From: Eledone cirrhosa
Taxonomy: Eukaryota
Length of the DNA stretch: 64,000 nt
Assembly (NCBI GenBank): GCA_964016885.1
Contig: OZ024741.1
Location: 353,896,001-353,960,000, forward strand
Direction: 5' to 3'
How positions within the stretch are numbered: position 1 is the first letter of the stretch; each line of letters opens with the position of its first letter. The notes beneath the pieces were generated by a model. It ran no database searches. It had not been told where the DNA came from and saw only the letters and a program-made list of their open reading frames with translations. Shown here in pieces: positions 31,300 through 43,259 of the stretch. The position numbers were made by a program, and so were the translations under genes.

Positions 31300-34200
31300 C
31301 TACAGAACAATGTAGAGAGAAGGCCCATTTACACGGGCCATTCTCGCTTCTTTCACCCACCTTTCATAAAACTGTCTGGGACCAAGCACTGCTCTCTCCA
31401 TCCTGATTCTTCTTCCGAAGTGGTATCGGAAGAAGTAAACCAGGTGATGGCCGGAGAGAAAGTCACCCGACCTCAGACCTTTCAGGCGCGTCCACCACAC
31501 AACCTCTTTCATCATGGCTATTACGCACAGAAAGACCGCCTCTGCTTCATTTCTGAAGGGAGGAGGCGGCTTGATGTTCACCACAGACTCGGCGGTTAAT
31601 CGAATCGGCGCCACACGCGACAGCAGTCGTTCGACGTAGCCCCACAGATCGGCAACGCCCGGGCAGTGTACCAGTGCATGCGCAACGGTTTCCTCGTCGC
31701 GCACGCATCTGGGACAGATCTTTTTCGCTGGATCCCTGCCCGGGCGCCCGTGTCTGTAGAGCTTTTCTCGAACGGGCAGAGCCCCCCGGTAACACTGCCA
31801 GGCTAGGGACCTCTGGAAGTTGTCCATGGGTCCCGGCCGAAAGTTCTACCGAACAGGCTGGCCAGTTCGTCCTCCTCCATGCCTAACGACTCTCCAAGGG
31901 TGTCGTCGCCCCTGCTAGCCACCAACCCTCTATAGAATGTCGAGGTGGATTCTCCACTGACAGTCGGGTCCGCTTGCCAAATAGCCGTGAGCGCCTGGGC
32001 ACACTCGGTGTGCCAGTTGCCCAGTTTTCTCGGTCTTTGCTTCACCCAGGATTGCAGTTCGGTGAGCGAGACGAGCTGTGGGAAGGCTCGCCTCACAAAC
32101 GGGGCCCACACCGGCTGACCGTTGAGGAATACCTGTAGATGCCGTAGCCTCAATGCGTGCCTACGCATCAACAGCCACGGCATACCCAGCCCTCCTTTCG
32201 AAGGGTGCTGGCAGCAGATGGATCTCCTCACCATGGGAGGCCGCTTCTTCCAGAGGAACTGGAAGAGCATGCGTTCCATGATGGTGAGCTTTTCCTTGGG
32301 GCAAGGCACGACGGTCAGGCGGTAGTAGATGACGGACGCTATGTAAGCGTTCGTCACCTCCGCCCGACCTTTCAGTGATAGTTTGCACTTGGCCCACTTC
32401 TGGGTCAGCGCAAACACCCTGCTCGTCACCTCGCCCCAATTCTTCTCCACCTGGAGGTCCGGTCCGAACCAGACCCCGAGCAGCTTCACCGGGCCCTCCG
32501 TGCACCGCCCGACGACACCGTCTAACGGCATCGGTTTGCCCCTCCACGTTCCGAGTTGCAAACCGACTGACTTGTCCTGGTTCAGCTTAGCCCCCGTCAG
32601 CCTTTCGTATTCCTCCAGTAGGGTGGCGATCGCCCCGATTTCCGAGGCGTCCGCCACCATTACTGTTACGTCGTCGGCATAGGCCGAGACCGCTTTGTGC
32701 AATCCCGGTTCCAGGGGTATGCCCCGCAGCAACTCCAACTTCCGCAGCAGTGGCTCGAGAGTCAATACGTACAGAAGGGAGGAGAGGGAGCACCCCTGTC
32801 TGATGGATCGGGTGATTTGAAACGGCTCCGAGAGGTAGCCGTTTACTTTAATCCTAGACTAGATGTTGCCACTGTGCATGGCAGAAATCCAGCCCCTGAA
32901 AACGGGTCCGAAGCCCGCCGCCGCTAGCACCGCATCCAGGTAACCATGGTCGACCCTATCGAACGCCTTAGATTGATCCAAGTTGATCAGGGCCCCACCA
33001 AAGCCGGGTTCGTAGCCAACCCTCTCTATGATGTATCGCATGAGGTGGAGGTTGTCGTGAATGGACCTGGACGGGATAGCGCATGTCTGCGCGTCTCCCA
33101 CCAAACCACCCACCACAAGCGCCAACCTCTTCGCCAACACCTTGGCCAAAATCTGTAACTCTGCATTCAGCAGAGTTATGGGCCTAAAGTTACTTAAGTC
33201 GTCCCCCTTGCTCTCGTCCTTCCTCACTAGCGTGACCACGCCCTTGGTCACAGAACAGGGAATTCTCCCGTTCTGTTGCCAGTTGCAATAGACAGCCTCG
33301 AGGAGTTCGGAGAACAAGACCGGCATAGCTAAATAAAGTTCGTATGGTAGACCATCGAGACCCGGGGATTTGCGTCTGCTGCATTGGCTGAGCGCTTCCC
33401 CGATTTCAGTGGCTGTGATTGGCCTTTCGCAACACTCCGCTTCGCCGCTCGAAAGACGCGGTAGACCGTCGAGGTATGGACCGAAGTCCACATCCCCGTC
33501 CGGCCCCCCGCCACCTCCGAACAGTCGAGCAAAGTGCCTTTGAAAGGTCTCGCACATTCGCTCAGGTTCAAGGATCACCCGTCCATCCTGGTCTCGCAAA
33601 GACCGAATGGTGGATTTAATCCCACTCTTGGCTTCTGTCACGCGGGCCCAGCTAACAGCTTTCGTCCCCTCGTTTCCTAAAGCACGTATTTTACTTCGGA
33701 CAACGCAGCCTTCGTGCTTCGCGTCAAAGAACTGGCTCAATGCCGTTCTCGTCGCTAACACTCTGGCTACGTCTCCGCTCCTAATCGCCTCTTCTAGTTT
33801 ATCTGTTAACTCCCTTTCCCTCCTATTTCTATTCGCCGCTAGTTCCTTACTGTAACCTATCGAACTTACTCTAATCTCTCTCTTTAGAGATATCCACCAC
33901 CTACTGTTGACGATCGCTCCCGTCAACCGCATCTTAACTAAGCTACTAATCCGGTTTCTGTAATCTTTCTTTGTCGGTAAGGACAAGTTCATCTTCCAGT
34001 AACCGGGACCCTGTCTATGCGTTCTATCAAGGTTGACCACGCAGGTCACTAATTTGTGATCTGAATAGCCAACCATGATCAGTTCTGGACAACTAAATAC
34101 GTCCCTATCCTTACTCCTAACCAAAAACCTATCTAGGTACGATCTAGATTGTCCACTGCGGTTTGCCCAGGTCCAGGTTGGCGCAGTTGGACAATCTAGT

Positions 34201-34739
34201 CGAAATCTATCGACCAGGTCGAATCGATCGAGTAACCCCTTGAGGCTGCTACACCCCCCCTCTATCGGGACATGCCCCTGCATAGTCCCAACGCGCATCT
34301 AGGATTCCATTCCAGTCCCCCACTAAAAGCAGGGAACGCGACGTTCCTAGAAAAGTCTCCAGACGCTGGAAGAAGTCGGCTCTTTCCGCCCCGAAGGGAG
34401 CATAAAGACCGACCAGTCTGAAAGCCCCGCCTTCACCGCCTCCGACGTCCAGCACCAGTAATCGACCCCCCGGGTCCGAGTGAACAATCTGTACGTCGAG
34501 AGTCAGACGTTTATCCAGCAGTACGGCACCCCCCCCCCCCCGCCTCCGGGTTGACAGAGAGATGCGTGCATCTCAAAGTCATCGAAGGCGGGCGCCAGCT
34601 GTCTCACGCTGCTGATCCGACTCTCGCAAACAACCATCACATCTATACTTTGTGACCTGAGGTCACTTAGAAGCTTTGCTTGCTTCCAAGCTGAGCCCAG
34701 GCCACGCGCTTTCAAACAGCCAACTCTCAATTGATCTAT
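31300..34739 (-). pseudogene. Tx1 ORF2 (APE-RT-ZnF), frameshifted
   Basis: Consecutive ORF pieces 34503-34730, 34249-34455, 32859-34298, 31803-32765 and 31300-31827. Confidence 0.9.
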
Positions 34740-34937
34740 TTTGGTGTTGAAAGTGAAGAAAGAAAAGCACTTACCTCTCCGGGTTGCGTAATTTCCATGG
34801 CATCAGGTGTGTTGGGTGGAGGGATGTTTTGTGGTGGTGTGGGGGTACACGTGTGTAGTGGGTTGGGGTATTTGGAGTTGTGTCAGGGAGAGGGGCGGTT
34901 ATGGGGAAATCTTTCAAGAGGACGCGATTCAACGGTT

Positions 34938-36569
34938 TTAAACAGGGGGGGGGCTCACGTCCCGTCTAAATTGTTCTTTTAAGGAACGATAAAGGTCCAG
35001 AGGGACCTTTATCATTTTTAAATGGGTGAAGTTCTCTGTTGAGATAAAGTTTGGCCCTTCGGTCTGCACCATAGGGTTATTGTTTATTAATTTAACCAGT
35101 TTTTTGTTTTCTTTATTTATATATGTGTATTGCAACGTCTTTTTTTGTGATGCTGTCAATGTTTCGGAGAGGGGAGGCGCAGATTTATTTTTGTTTGTTG
35201 AGGGTGGGGTGTTTTTGATTGGAGTTGGTGTTTGTGTGTGGGTTATTTGTGGTGTGCTGGGTGTGTGTTTTCTTTTTTTTCTTTTAACTTGTCTGAAGGC
35301 TTCTCCTCCTTCTTCTTCAGAAGTTGGGGGAAACTCTTCAGCGCTAGGTGGGAGGGACGTGTTGTGTGGTTGTTTTTTTTTTGCGGGAGGGGTAGATTTG
35401 TTACTGTTTTTTTTATTATTTGTTTGGAATGGGTTTTGTGGTGGTGGTGGTAATGTTTGTGTCGTGCTTGTGGTTGGTGATGGTGGTGGTGATGTTTGTG
35501 TTGTGGTTGGTGGTGGTGATTTTTGTGTCGTGCTTGTGTTTGGTGCTGGTGGTGGTGATGTTTGTGTTGTGTTTGTGGTTGGTGGTGTCTGTATTTTGTT
35601 TGCTGTGTGTGGTATTAGTGTATTTTTGGAGGTGGGTGGTGTTGGTGTACTGTTTGTGGTGGGTGTGGGCAATAGTCCTTTTTGGGGAATACGTTTCGGG
35701 CAGTTAGCCTTAACGTGTCCCCTTTCCATGCATAAATAGCATGCTGGTCTTCTCCCCTCTACAATTATGTCTATTGGGGTAAGGTCATCCAGCCAGATGC
35801 GATCCGGGATTTGTGCTATTCTTTCGGGCCTCATTTGGACTAGTATGTCGAGGCCCATTCCCAGGAACGCATCTCCAGTTGCCTTCCCCATTGACAGCAT
35901 AGTGTCTTCGCCCATATCAATGAAGCCAGCAATAGCCCACCAGAAGTCCATTGTGGGCAGCATTGTTTTTACTTTTACTCTCTGTGTTCTTCTACCCATG
36001 TAGGAGGGATAGAAGCTATATGTTGTCGACGAGAGTGGGCTTAGGGAAAGCTTCTCCGCCGTTTCTTTGTCTCTTGTTAGGACCGAAATGCTGCCATAGA
36101 GTCGGTCCTTTCGTATGAAGAGAATATTCTTCATATAGTCTTTTAGGACTAACTCTATTTCCATTTGGCTGGGCTGTGCTGGCTTTCTTGTCTGGTTCAG
36201 TATAGTTCTGTATAGAACTGTGTTTTCTGCTCTGGCTTTCTTGAATTCTGGGGGGGAGTTAATGGAAAACATTCCGTTCTCCCCCAAAACAATGTGTTTC
36301 TTTGCTTCGGCCAGTTTTTCTCTGGCGGCAGTTAGGTCAATTGGTGTGTATGTAATGGATTGTTTTGTTTTCTGGGCGAAAGTTGCCCTGTCGTTATTTG
36401 TATTATTTTCTGTTTGTTTGTTTTCTGTTTGCTCATTTTCCTTAACATTTGTTTTTTCATTTTGTTTGTTTGTTTCAATGTCTAATTTTGTTGTAATTAT
36501 TTTTTGTTCTTCAGACTTGGGGGGCGTGGCAGAGCTAATGGCAGACATGTCTGCCATCTTTTCCGCCAT
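34938..36569 (-). CDS. Tx1 ORF1, gag-like nucleic-acid-binding protein; C-terminus frameshifted at a G-run (~34944)
   Basis: CX2CX4HX4C knuckle CYLCMERGHVKANC, Pro/Thr-rich tail with TTQTSPPP repeats, KRKKRK basic patch. ATG at 36569. Confidence 0.88.
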   Translation of the reverse strand: MAEKMADMSAISSATPPKSEEQKIITTKLDIETNKQNEKTNVKENEQTENKQTENNTNNDRATFAQKTKQSITYTPIDLTAAREKLAEAKKHIVLGENGMFSINSPPEFKKARAENTVLYRTILNQTRKPAQPSQMEIELVLKDYMKNILFIRKDRLYGSISVLTRDKETAEKLSLSPLSSTTYSFYPSYMGRRTQRVKVKTMLPTMDFWWAIAGFIDMGEDTMLSMGKATGDAFLGMGLDILVQMRPERIAQIPDRIWLDDLTPIDIIVEGRRPACYLCMERGHVKANCPKRIPQKGLLPTPTTNSTPTPPTSKNTLIPHTANKIQTPPTTNTTQTSPPPAPNTSTTQKSPPPTTTQTSPPPSPTTSTTQTLPPPPQNPFQTNNKKNSNKSTPPAKKKQPHNTSLPPSAEEFPPTSEEEGGEAFRQVKRKKRKHTPSTPQITHTQTPTPIKNTPPSTNKNKSAPPLSETLTASQKKTLQYTYINKENKKLVKLINNNPMVQTEGPNFISTENFTHLKMIKVPLDLYRSLKEQFRRDVSPPPV

Positions 36570-36801
36570 GCTGCCAAGAAAGAAATTTTTCGGCAAAAAT
36601 AGATATTTATTTTACCCCCTAAAAAGGGGGTAAATGCAAAAATGTTTCCCTAAATAACAGGGGTTAGTGTTCCAAATGTGTTGCACTAAAAAATTTATCC
36701 GGTACTTACAATAGTAAGGGTAAATCCCGATGGAATAGCGGAGCCGATGCGAAGCGTGTCTTACTCTATCAAGATAGATAGATAGATAGATAGATAGAAA
36801 T

Positions 36802-36842
<41 letters not shown>

Positions 36843-36848
<6 letters not shown>

Positions 36849-36943
36849 GTCCCAAACAAATGTATACACGCTACATCGGCATTCTAATAAATATTGCTTG
36901 TACAGGTGAGGAAAGTGTGTATACATCTTTTGAGGACACCCTA
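36843..36943. mobile_element. Tc1/mariner-type MITE (~100 bp) in a (TA)n tract
   Basis: TIRs TAGGGTGTCC..AAATGTATACAC / GTGTATACATCTTTTGAGGACACCCTA, flanked by TA. Confidence 0.75.
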
Positions 36944-37026
36944 TATATATATACATATATCTATCTATCTATCTATTTATCTACCTATCTCTCTCTATAT
37001 ATATATATATATTAGAAAGTGGGTTT

Positions 37027-37219
37027 TTTTTACAAAATGAAAAATAACCGAGGTGTCCTACACGAGTGAAAGTATACAGAAAAAAAAATGAAATCTAAAA
37101 TGCAACTGGAGTCTTATTTTTAAAAGAATATATATATTTATTTGGTTCCTTTACCGGTTCGCAGTTCTTCTGCTTTTCAAAAGTAGAGTTGAGATGGAGG
37201 GTCTGTGGTTTCTCACATC

Positions 37220-37222
<3 letters not shown>
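37027..37222 (-). repeat. Inverted copy of the 17070-17266 element
   Basis: Reverse-complement match. The GAAAC motif has lost one A. Confidence 0.8.
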
Positions 37223-37306
<84 letters not shown>

Positions 37307-37889
37307 GAGAGAGAGAGAGATAGTCCACGTAATTTTGAGATGAATAGTACTAATTGCCTCCTCTGTGGTGATCAGAAGTATCTGTATACCTGTAATCAAC
37401 TCTATTGAAATGAAGGAAGTGGGAAATATAGCAGTGGAATGTTATTGTGAGATGTTCATGCTATATTTGGAGGTTTAAGTGATGTCAAATATATACAGCC
37501 GTATAATTCTATCTGGGTGATAGAACCTGTGTAACGCTCATTGTATACACGCCAATACGTAGACACACAGTAATACATACTCATTCAAATACATATATAC
37601 ATACGTATATACATGCACATCACATATACACGCACGCGCACACGTACGCACACGCACACACAAACACACATATATATATATATATAAACAATACATATAC
37701 ACAATACACATACACGCACACACACTTAGATATATCTATACCTATTAATATATATTATATAGTAATTATAAATAAATCTGTGCTAATAATATGAATATAT
37801 ATATATATATATGTGCGTCTGTGTGGTTGTGTATGTGTGGTTGTGTGCGTGCGTGTATATGTATATATGTATATATAAGCTTGGGAATG

Positions 37890-38900
37890 CTGTTTCTTTA
37901 AAATAAATAACAAAACGAATAACCCGGATTCGCCAAATCCAATAGATTAGTGATATAGTGAAGATTTGCAAAGCATCCTGAACATCCTCTATTTGAGTTT
38001 CTGGAATAAGTATATGCTATTGCTGTAACCACCTTGGTAATACGCACATGAAACGCCAAATCGATATTCATATCGCTTCCGAGTTCGTGCACTGATTGTG
38101 ACTCTGGCATTTCAATCCCTCCTGATTCCATGTAAACTAGACTCCAGTGTGTTTGTATTTGCAGGCTGATAGCAGAGGGCTTGACATTTTCCGCCATTAA
38201 ATTAAATGTCAGTGTTCAGTTCACGTGTATATTTAATTCAAATGTTGCTAAAGGTGTGTGGCATCGCCAAGCTTGTCCGATGTTTGTGCTACTTTCATAT
38301 TGTCAGCATAACTATGAGCGTCGTTGTCTAAACAACTGAGCCTGAGAAACCAACTGCAAACAGCAACGGCCTCAAGACAGTTCCTTGTGGATCTCACTTA
38401 TTATTTCAACTTCCACTGATAGGGCTCCGTTTGCAGCAACTGTCTGACTTCTGCCTACCTCGTACAAAGTCATACAGCCACTTCCCTAGTTTACCAGCCA
38501 TGTCTAGATCACGCTGCTAGTCCTGCGTTTCATTCTTCTTCCCTTTGCAAGACTAGTGTTTTGATGTGAACGTAGTAGAAGGACTTCCGTAACCCTGGGG
38601 CGGATGTCATTTCAGTTACTGTCGGCCGGAGCCAGTGAAAATAGAGTTAAAGGATTTGCATTTGTTACTGAAGTAAATTTAATGCATATTGCTTGCATTA
38701 TTGTCATACAGTGCTTAAGTTCTGTGACAATGACGTCCATAGAGACACTATCAGGTCAATTTTGTTTGATGATCTCCTTCTGAATCCATTTATAGTTAGC
38801 CTTGTAAAAGTTTGAACTGGATAAAATTCGATAGTTTCCTGTAGGGTTCATATCTGCTGTTTCCCTCGAACCATACATGTTAGTTCGACTATATGACTTT
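37890..38900 (-). pseudogene. Old CR1/L2-like LINE RT relic
   Basis: Minus-strand PQGTVLRPLLFA (~38355-38395), YADNMK (~38293-38310) and ELGSDMNIDLAFHVRI (thumb-like). Boundaries vague. Confidence 0.6.
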
Positions 38901-39725
38901 GTTTTGATCTGAGAACATCTTCGTTTTTACCTTCACATTGTGAATGAGCTTAGTGTTATTTGTAAAGCAGGGAGTTAAAATATCATTATCCCTCGCTGGG
39001 TAGAGTATTATTTTTTCGTGAATATTGTGTTCAACAAGACAACTAGGGATTCTACATGATTTTCTTCATCCGGGACATTCCTAAGAAATGTGGCCTTTGG
39101 GCCATTTGACTTTGTATACATCAATATACTTCTAGGTGAAAACATATAATTAGAGCGAACACCTTAATTCTATTTTTCAGTCGAGCCAACCGATAGTTCT
39201 ATATGCAAATGAGGCCAAAATTATATGTTTTCTCCTATATTGAGTTCCTGCAGAGAGTAGGTTAAGAGAGCACTGATTTGATAACGAGTCAGAAATGAAT
39301 GACGTCGTCGTCAGTTACCCACCCTTTGCCTTTGCCGTTAGATGGCGCAATTTTTATAGTGCTTGCTGAGGAGATCAAAATGCGGTATTCTTTCACTTTT
39401 TCATTATTCGAAACATATTTGGATTTTAACGTTTAAACCTGTCTACGAAACAGGTTTGATTTTGAAATTTAAATCTGTCCAAGCACTACGGCCATTGCCA
39501 ATATGATTTGTTTTTATTGATTTATTATCTTAAATCAAGACAGGCAAAATGTATTATTATTATTAGTATATTTCAATCTAGCTAACTTGGTCATTTACAA
39601 TACAAACATGAATATGTTGGTATTTGTGTTTATCAAATATATTAATTTATATTAACTTGTATTACATGGCTCAGAAATACTTCTTTCTTTGAGCTATTTC
39701 ATTGTAAAAGACTGCCTGAGTGATA

Positions 39726-39798
<73 letters not shown>

Positions 39799-40164
39799 AT
39801 AAAAGCATAAAATGCATGCTCATTTGTTTTCCATCAGGAAGCGTGCTACCTGTGCGCATAAAAACTACGCTTAACAAACAAACTGATGGCCGCTCTAATG
39901 TGTTATGTGTTATTAAACGGGATTAACGGAAGGTAAAATGAAGAGAAGATTGATTAAATGAATAAATAAACAACTAAACAAATAAGTGAAGGAATGAGGG
40001 AATAAGTGAATATATGAATACATGGAATAATAAAAGGAGTGAGCTTCAGGTTACTTGTTGCCAATATATTGTGATGACTAATTAAGATTTATAGAGACGC
40101 GGTTCTAAGATTTGTAATCAAAGCCACGGGATCAATATATTCACCTTATTTTTCCAGTCTTTCA

Positions 40165-40239
40165 TTCATCTCTTACTCTCTCTCTCTCTCTCCCTCTCTC
40201 TTTCCCTCTCTCTCTCTCTCTCTTTCTTTCTTTCCCTTA

Positions 40240-40271
<32 letters not shown>

Positions 40272-40505
40272 CTGTCTCTCTCTCTTCCTCTCTCTCTCCT
40301 CCTTCCCTATCTTTATCTCTCTCTTACTCTCTCCATCTCTTTCTTTCTCTCTTTCTCTCTTTCTCTCTTTCTCTCTCTCACTCTCTCTTTCTTTCTTTCT
40401 CTCTCTCCCCTCTCTCTCTCCTCCCTCTCTTTCCCCTCCCTCTCTTTCTCTCTCCTCCCTCTCTCTCTCTCTTTCTCTCTATGTCTTCCTTTGTCTCTAT
40501 CTCCG
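40165..40505. repeat. CT-rich polypyrimidine low-complexity tract
   Basis: Direct reading. Confidence 0.9.
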
Positions 40506-40639
40506 CCTTCAATCGTTCCTTGTCCCTATTATTAATTCCACATTGCTAATTTTCAATACCTTGTATTGATTTTGCAATTATAAATACGATTTCCTTACTC
40601 AAGATTATAATGATTCGTAACATAAGCCCAATGCAACAA

Positions 40640-42012
40640 ATGTGGTGGGGTGACGTTAATTGATTTAATCGGTACTTCTTCAACACTGGTATTTATTTTA
40701 TCGACCCTGGGAATATCAAAAGGAAAGTCAATCATGATCGAGTTTGAACTCATAATTTAAAAGGATGTATCTAAATAACCGCACGGTTAATCATGATCGA
40801 TTTTGAACTCATAATTTAGAAGGATGTATTTAAATAACCGCATGGGCAACCTTTTTCGAGAAGCGGGCGCATGATATATGGTTCATCATCAGGTGGGCCG
40901 CAAGCGCTAATTTACATTTACAAATGAAAGTGCGGTAACTCAGGTTGTTTTGATTTGTTTCTTCAGAATTGGTAAACGTTCTTTTCCTCGATCGTAAAAC
41001 TAATAGAAAGTTAAATTACAACTGAAAAGTTGGGGTAAAAAAAATCAGAAAGATTTCACTTAGGTGACTTAGGCGAGCCATTCAGAAAGCTTCGCGGACC
41101 GCATGCAACCTGCGGGCCACAGGTTGCCCATGACTACTGTAGATTCTGCCATGCATGGTACTTCAATAATAATTGTTTCTACTTTTGACACAAGGCCAGA
41201 AATTATCCCAGTGTATTACTGGTACTTTATTTTATCGACCCCGTAAGAATGAAAGGCAAAGTTAACCTCCGCAGGATTTGACCTCAAAACGTAAAGGGCC
41301 ATAAGTCTATGCTGCAATAGCTCTTTACGTTCTGAGTTCAAAATGGTTTCTGATTTAGGCACAACACCAACAATTTTGAGGGAAAGGGGAAGTCGATTAA
41401 ATCGACCTCAGTGCATTACTGGTACATTATTTTATCGCTCCCGAGAGGATGAAAGGCAAAATTTGAACTCAGAATGTAAAGAGCCAGAATAAATGCCGCA
41501 AAGAATTTTGTTCGATTCTCAAACGATTCTGCCAATCCACCAACCTTGAAGATATAATAATGGTTTCTACTTTTTGGCACAGGCCAGCAATTATCCCAGT
41601 GCATTACTGGTACTTTATTTTATCGACCCCGTAAGGTTGAAAGGCAAAGTTAACCTCGGCGGGATTTGAACTCAGTCCGTAAAGAGCCGTAACTTGGCAT
41701 GGCATCTGACCCTCTACTGATACTGCAAATGGACCAATAATGGTTTCTGATTTAGGCACTAATGCCAACAATTTTGGGCGTGAGAAAAGTCAATTAAATC
41801 GACCCAGTACATTACTGGTACTTTATTTTATCATCCCCCGTAAGGATGAAAAGCAAAGCTAACCTCACGAGATTTGAACTGCTACCAATCCACCGCCCTT
41901 ACCACCACCACCACCCTAATAATAGCAATACTTATTATTTGTTTTATTGGTTTTAAAGTACCGGTAATACACTGGGATAATTGCTGGCCTTGTGCCAAAA
42001 GTAGAAACTATT
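40640..42012 (-). mobile_element. Cluster of ~5-6 tRNA-type SINE copies or fragments, mostly minus strand
   Basis: Recurrent CTGGTACTTTATTTTATCGACCCCGTAAGGATGAAAGGCAAAG..GGATTTGAACTCAG. ~55-bp tandem duplication at 40729-40842. Confidence 0.75.
40841..41135. mobile_element. hAT-like MITE nested in the SINE cluster
   Basis: TIRs CATGGGCAACCT / AGGTTGCCCATG(ACT), with subterminal GCGGGCC motifs typical of hAT ends. Confidence 0.65.
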
Positions 42013-43218
42013 ATTTGTTTTATTGCCTACAAAGACACAAGACGTTTGGTACTTGGATTTGCAATCATGAAATTGCGAGTTCGATTCCCGGACCGGGAGA
42101 AATATTAAGCAAAACACTTTATTTTACGGTGCTCTTTCTGCCAGGAATTTCTGCAATGGAAATATCAATACACACAATGTTTCTTTGGTCCGATCTGACG
42201 AGTTCCACCCCACTCAGTAATCGAAGGTCTGGGATCTTGTCGATCGATTCGATCGATTATTAAAACAAGATAAATAAAGGAAAACACTAAGTGATTTACC
42301 TCGAATAAAATACTGAAATATCAAAAATATTCCAGAAATAATAATAATTAGCAATAATACGTTTTTTTAAATCAATGAAATAACACGAACGTGTCTCTAA
42401 AGGGGGAAATATCACACAAAAACCACAAACTTCCCAGACATAAAATAAAAAGAGAAGGAATTTTTGCCTAGCTAAATATGTTTTGATTTTTCAGTGCACA
42501 GTATCATACATGGTACATGCTGATTTTTACGCCATTAAATGTGTAGCAATTCCATCATTAAACCAGATGGCGTCGGGGTTTTTTACCCGTCATAAAATGA
42601 CCAATCAGTCTTGTATTTTAGTAGCCATTTGGTAATATAAAACAAAATTTATTGGTACTTAGCAGTTTGAGCAGTCTTTCTTTTATAACATAGTCTTTTT
42701 TTTTATTATTTTAAATAACCAGACACATATAAGCTGAATGGGAAACAAAGTTGCCGAATCGTTTTCCGCCAGCTTACGTATGTAAATATATATGCTATTA
42801 AAATTACAAATCTGTACTTGTGTTTAAACGAAGCGATCATTTAGCAAAACAGTCCATCCATTGTGTTGTAATGTACTTTTGCTTAAAATAACTTCCAGTT
42901 TGTTCTATTCCCTGGATTGGAAGCACGATATATTACACGATGTTTAAAATACTGGTTGCTTCATGCACATTATATTTTGCATTGCTGCAAAACAAGTATA
43001 CTGCATTCTTCATTTATATTCTCCGCTTTCCCCATTTTATACTGAATCCCACTGGCTTTCATCACGTCATTGTAATCGGAGGTTTCCTATCAAAGAACAT
43101 CTTTATGGGTGGATAGGTTAAATATTCTTCTTTTTATGTTCTTGGCTAAGATCCTAAGTTGGTGATGGGGTTAGGGGTTACATCTAAGAAGTTGAATATG
43201 TTTAGATAAATAGATTTT

Positions 43219-43253
<35 letters not shown>

Positions 43254-43259
43254 ATAGAT

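Larger units (their letters stand above)
31069..36772 (-). mobile_element. Tx1-like LINE copy T8, full length (~5.7 kb), several frameshifts
   Basis: 5'UTR, ORF1, ORF2 and 3'UTR all present. GATA tracts on both sides. Confidence 0.95.
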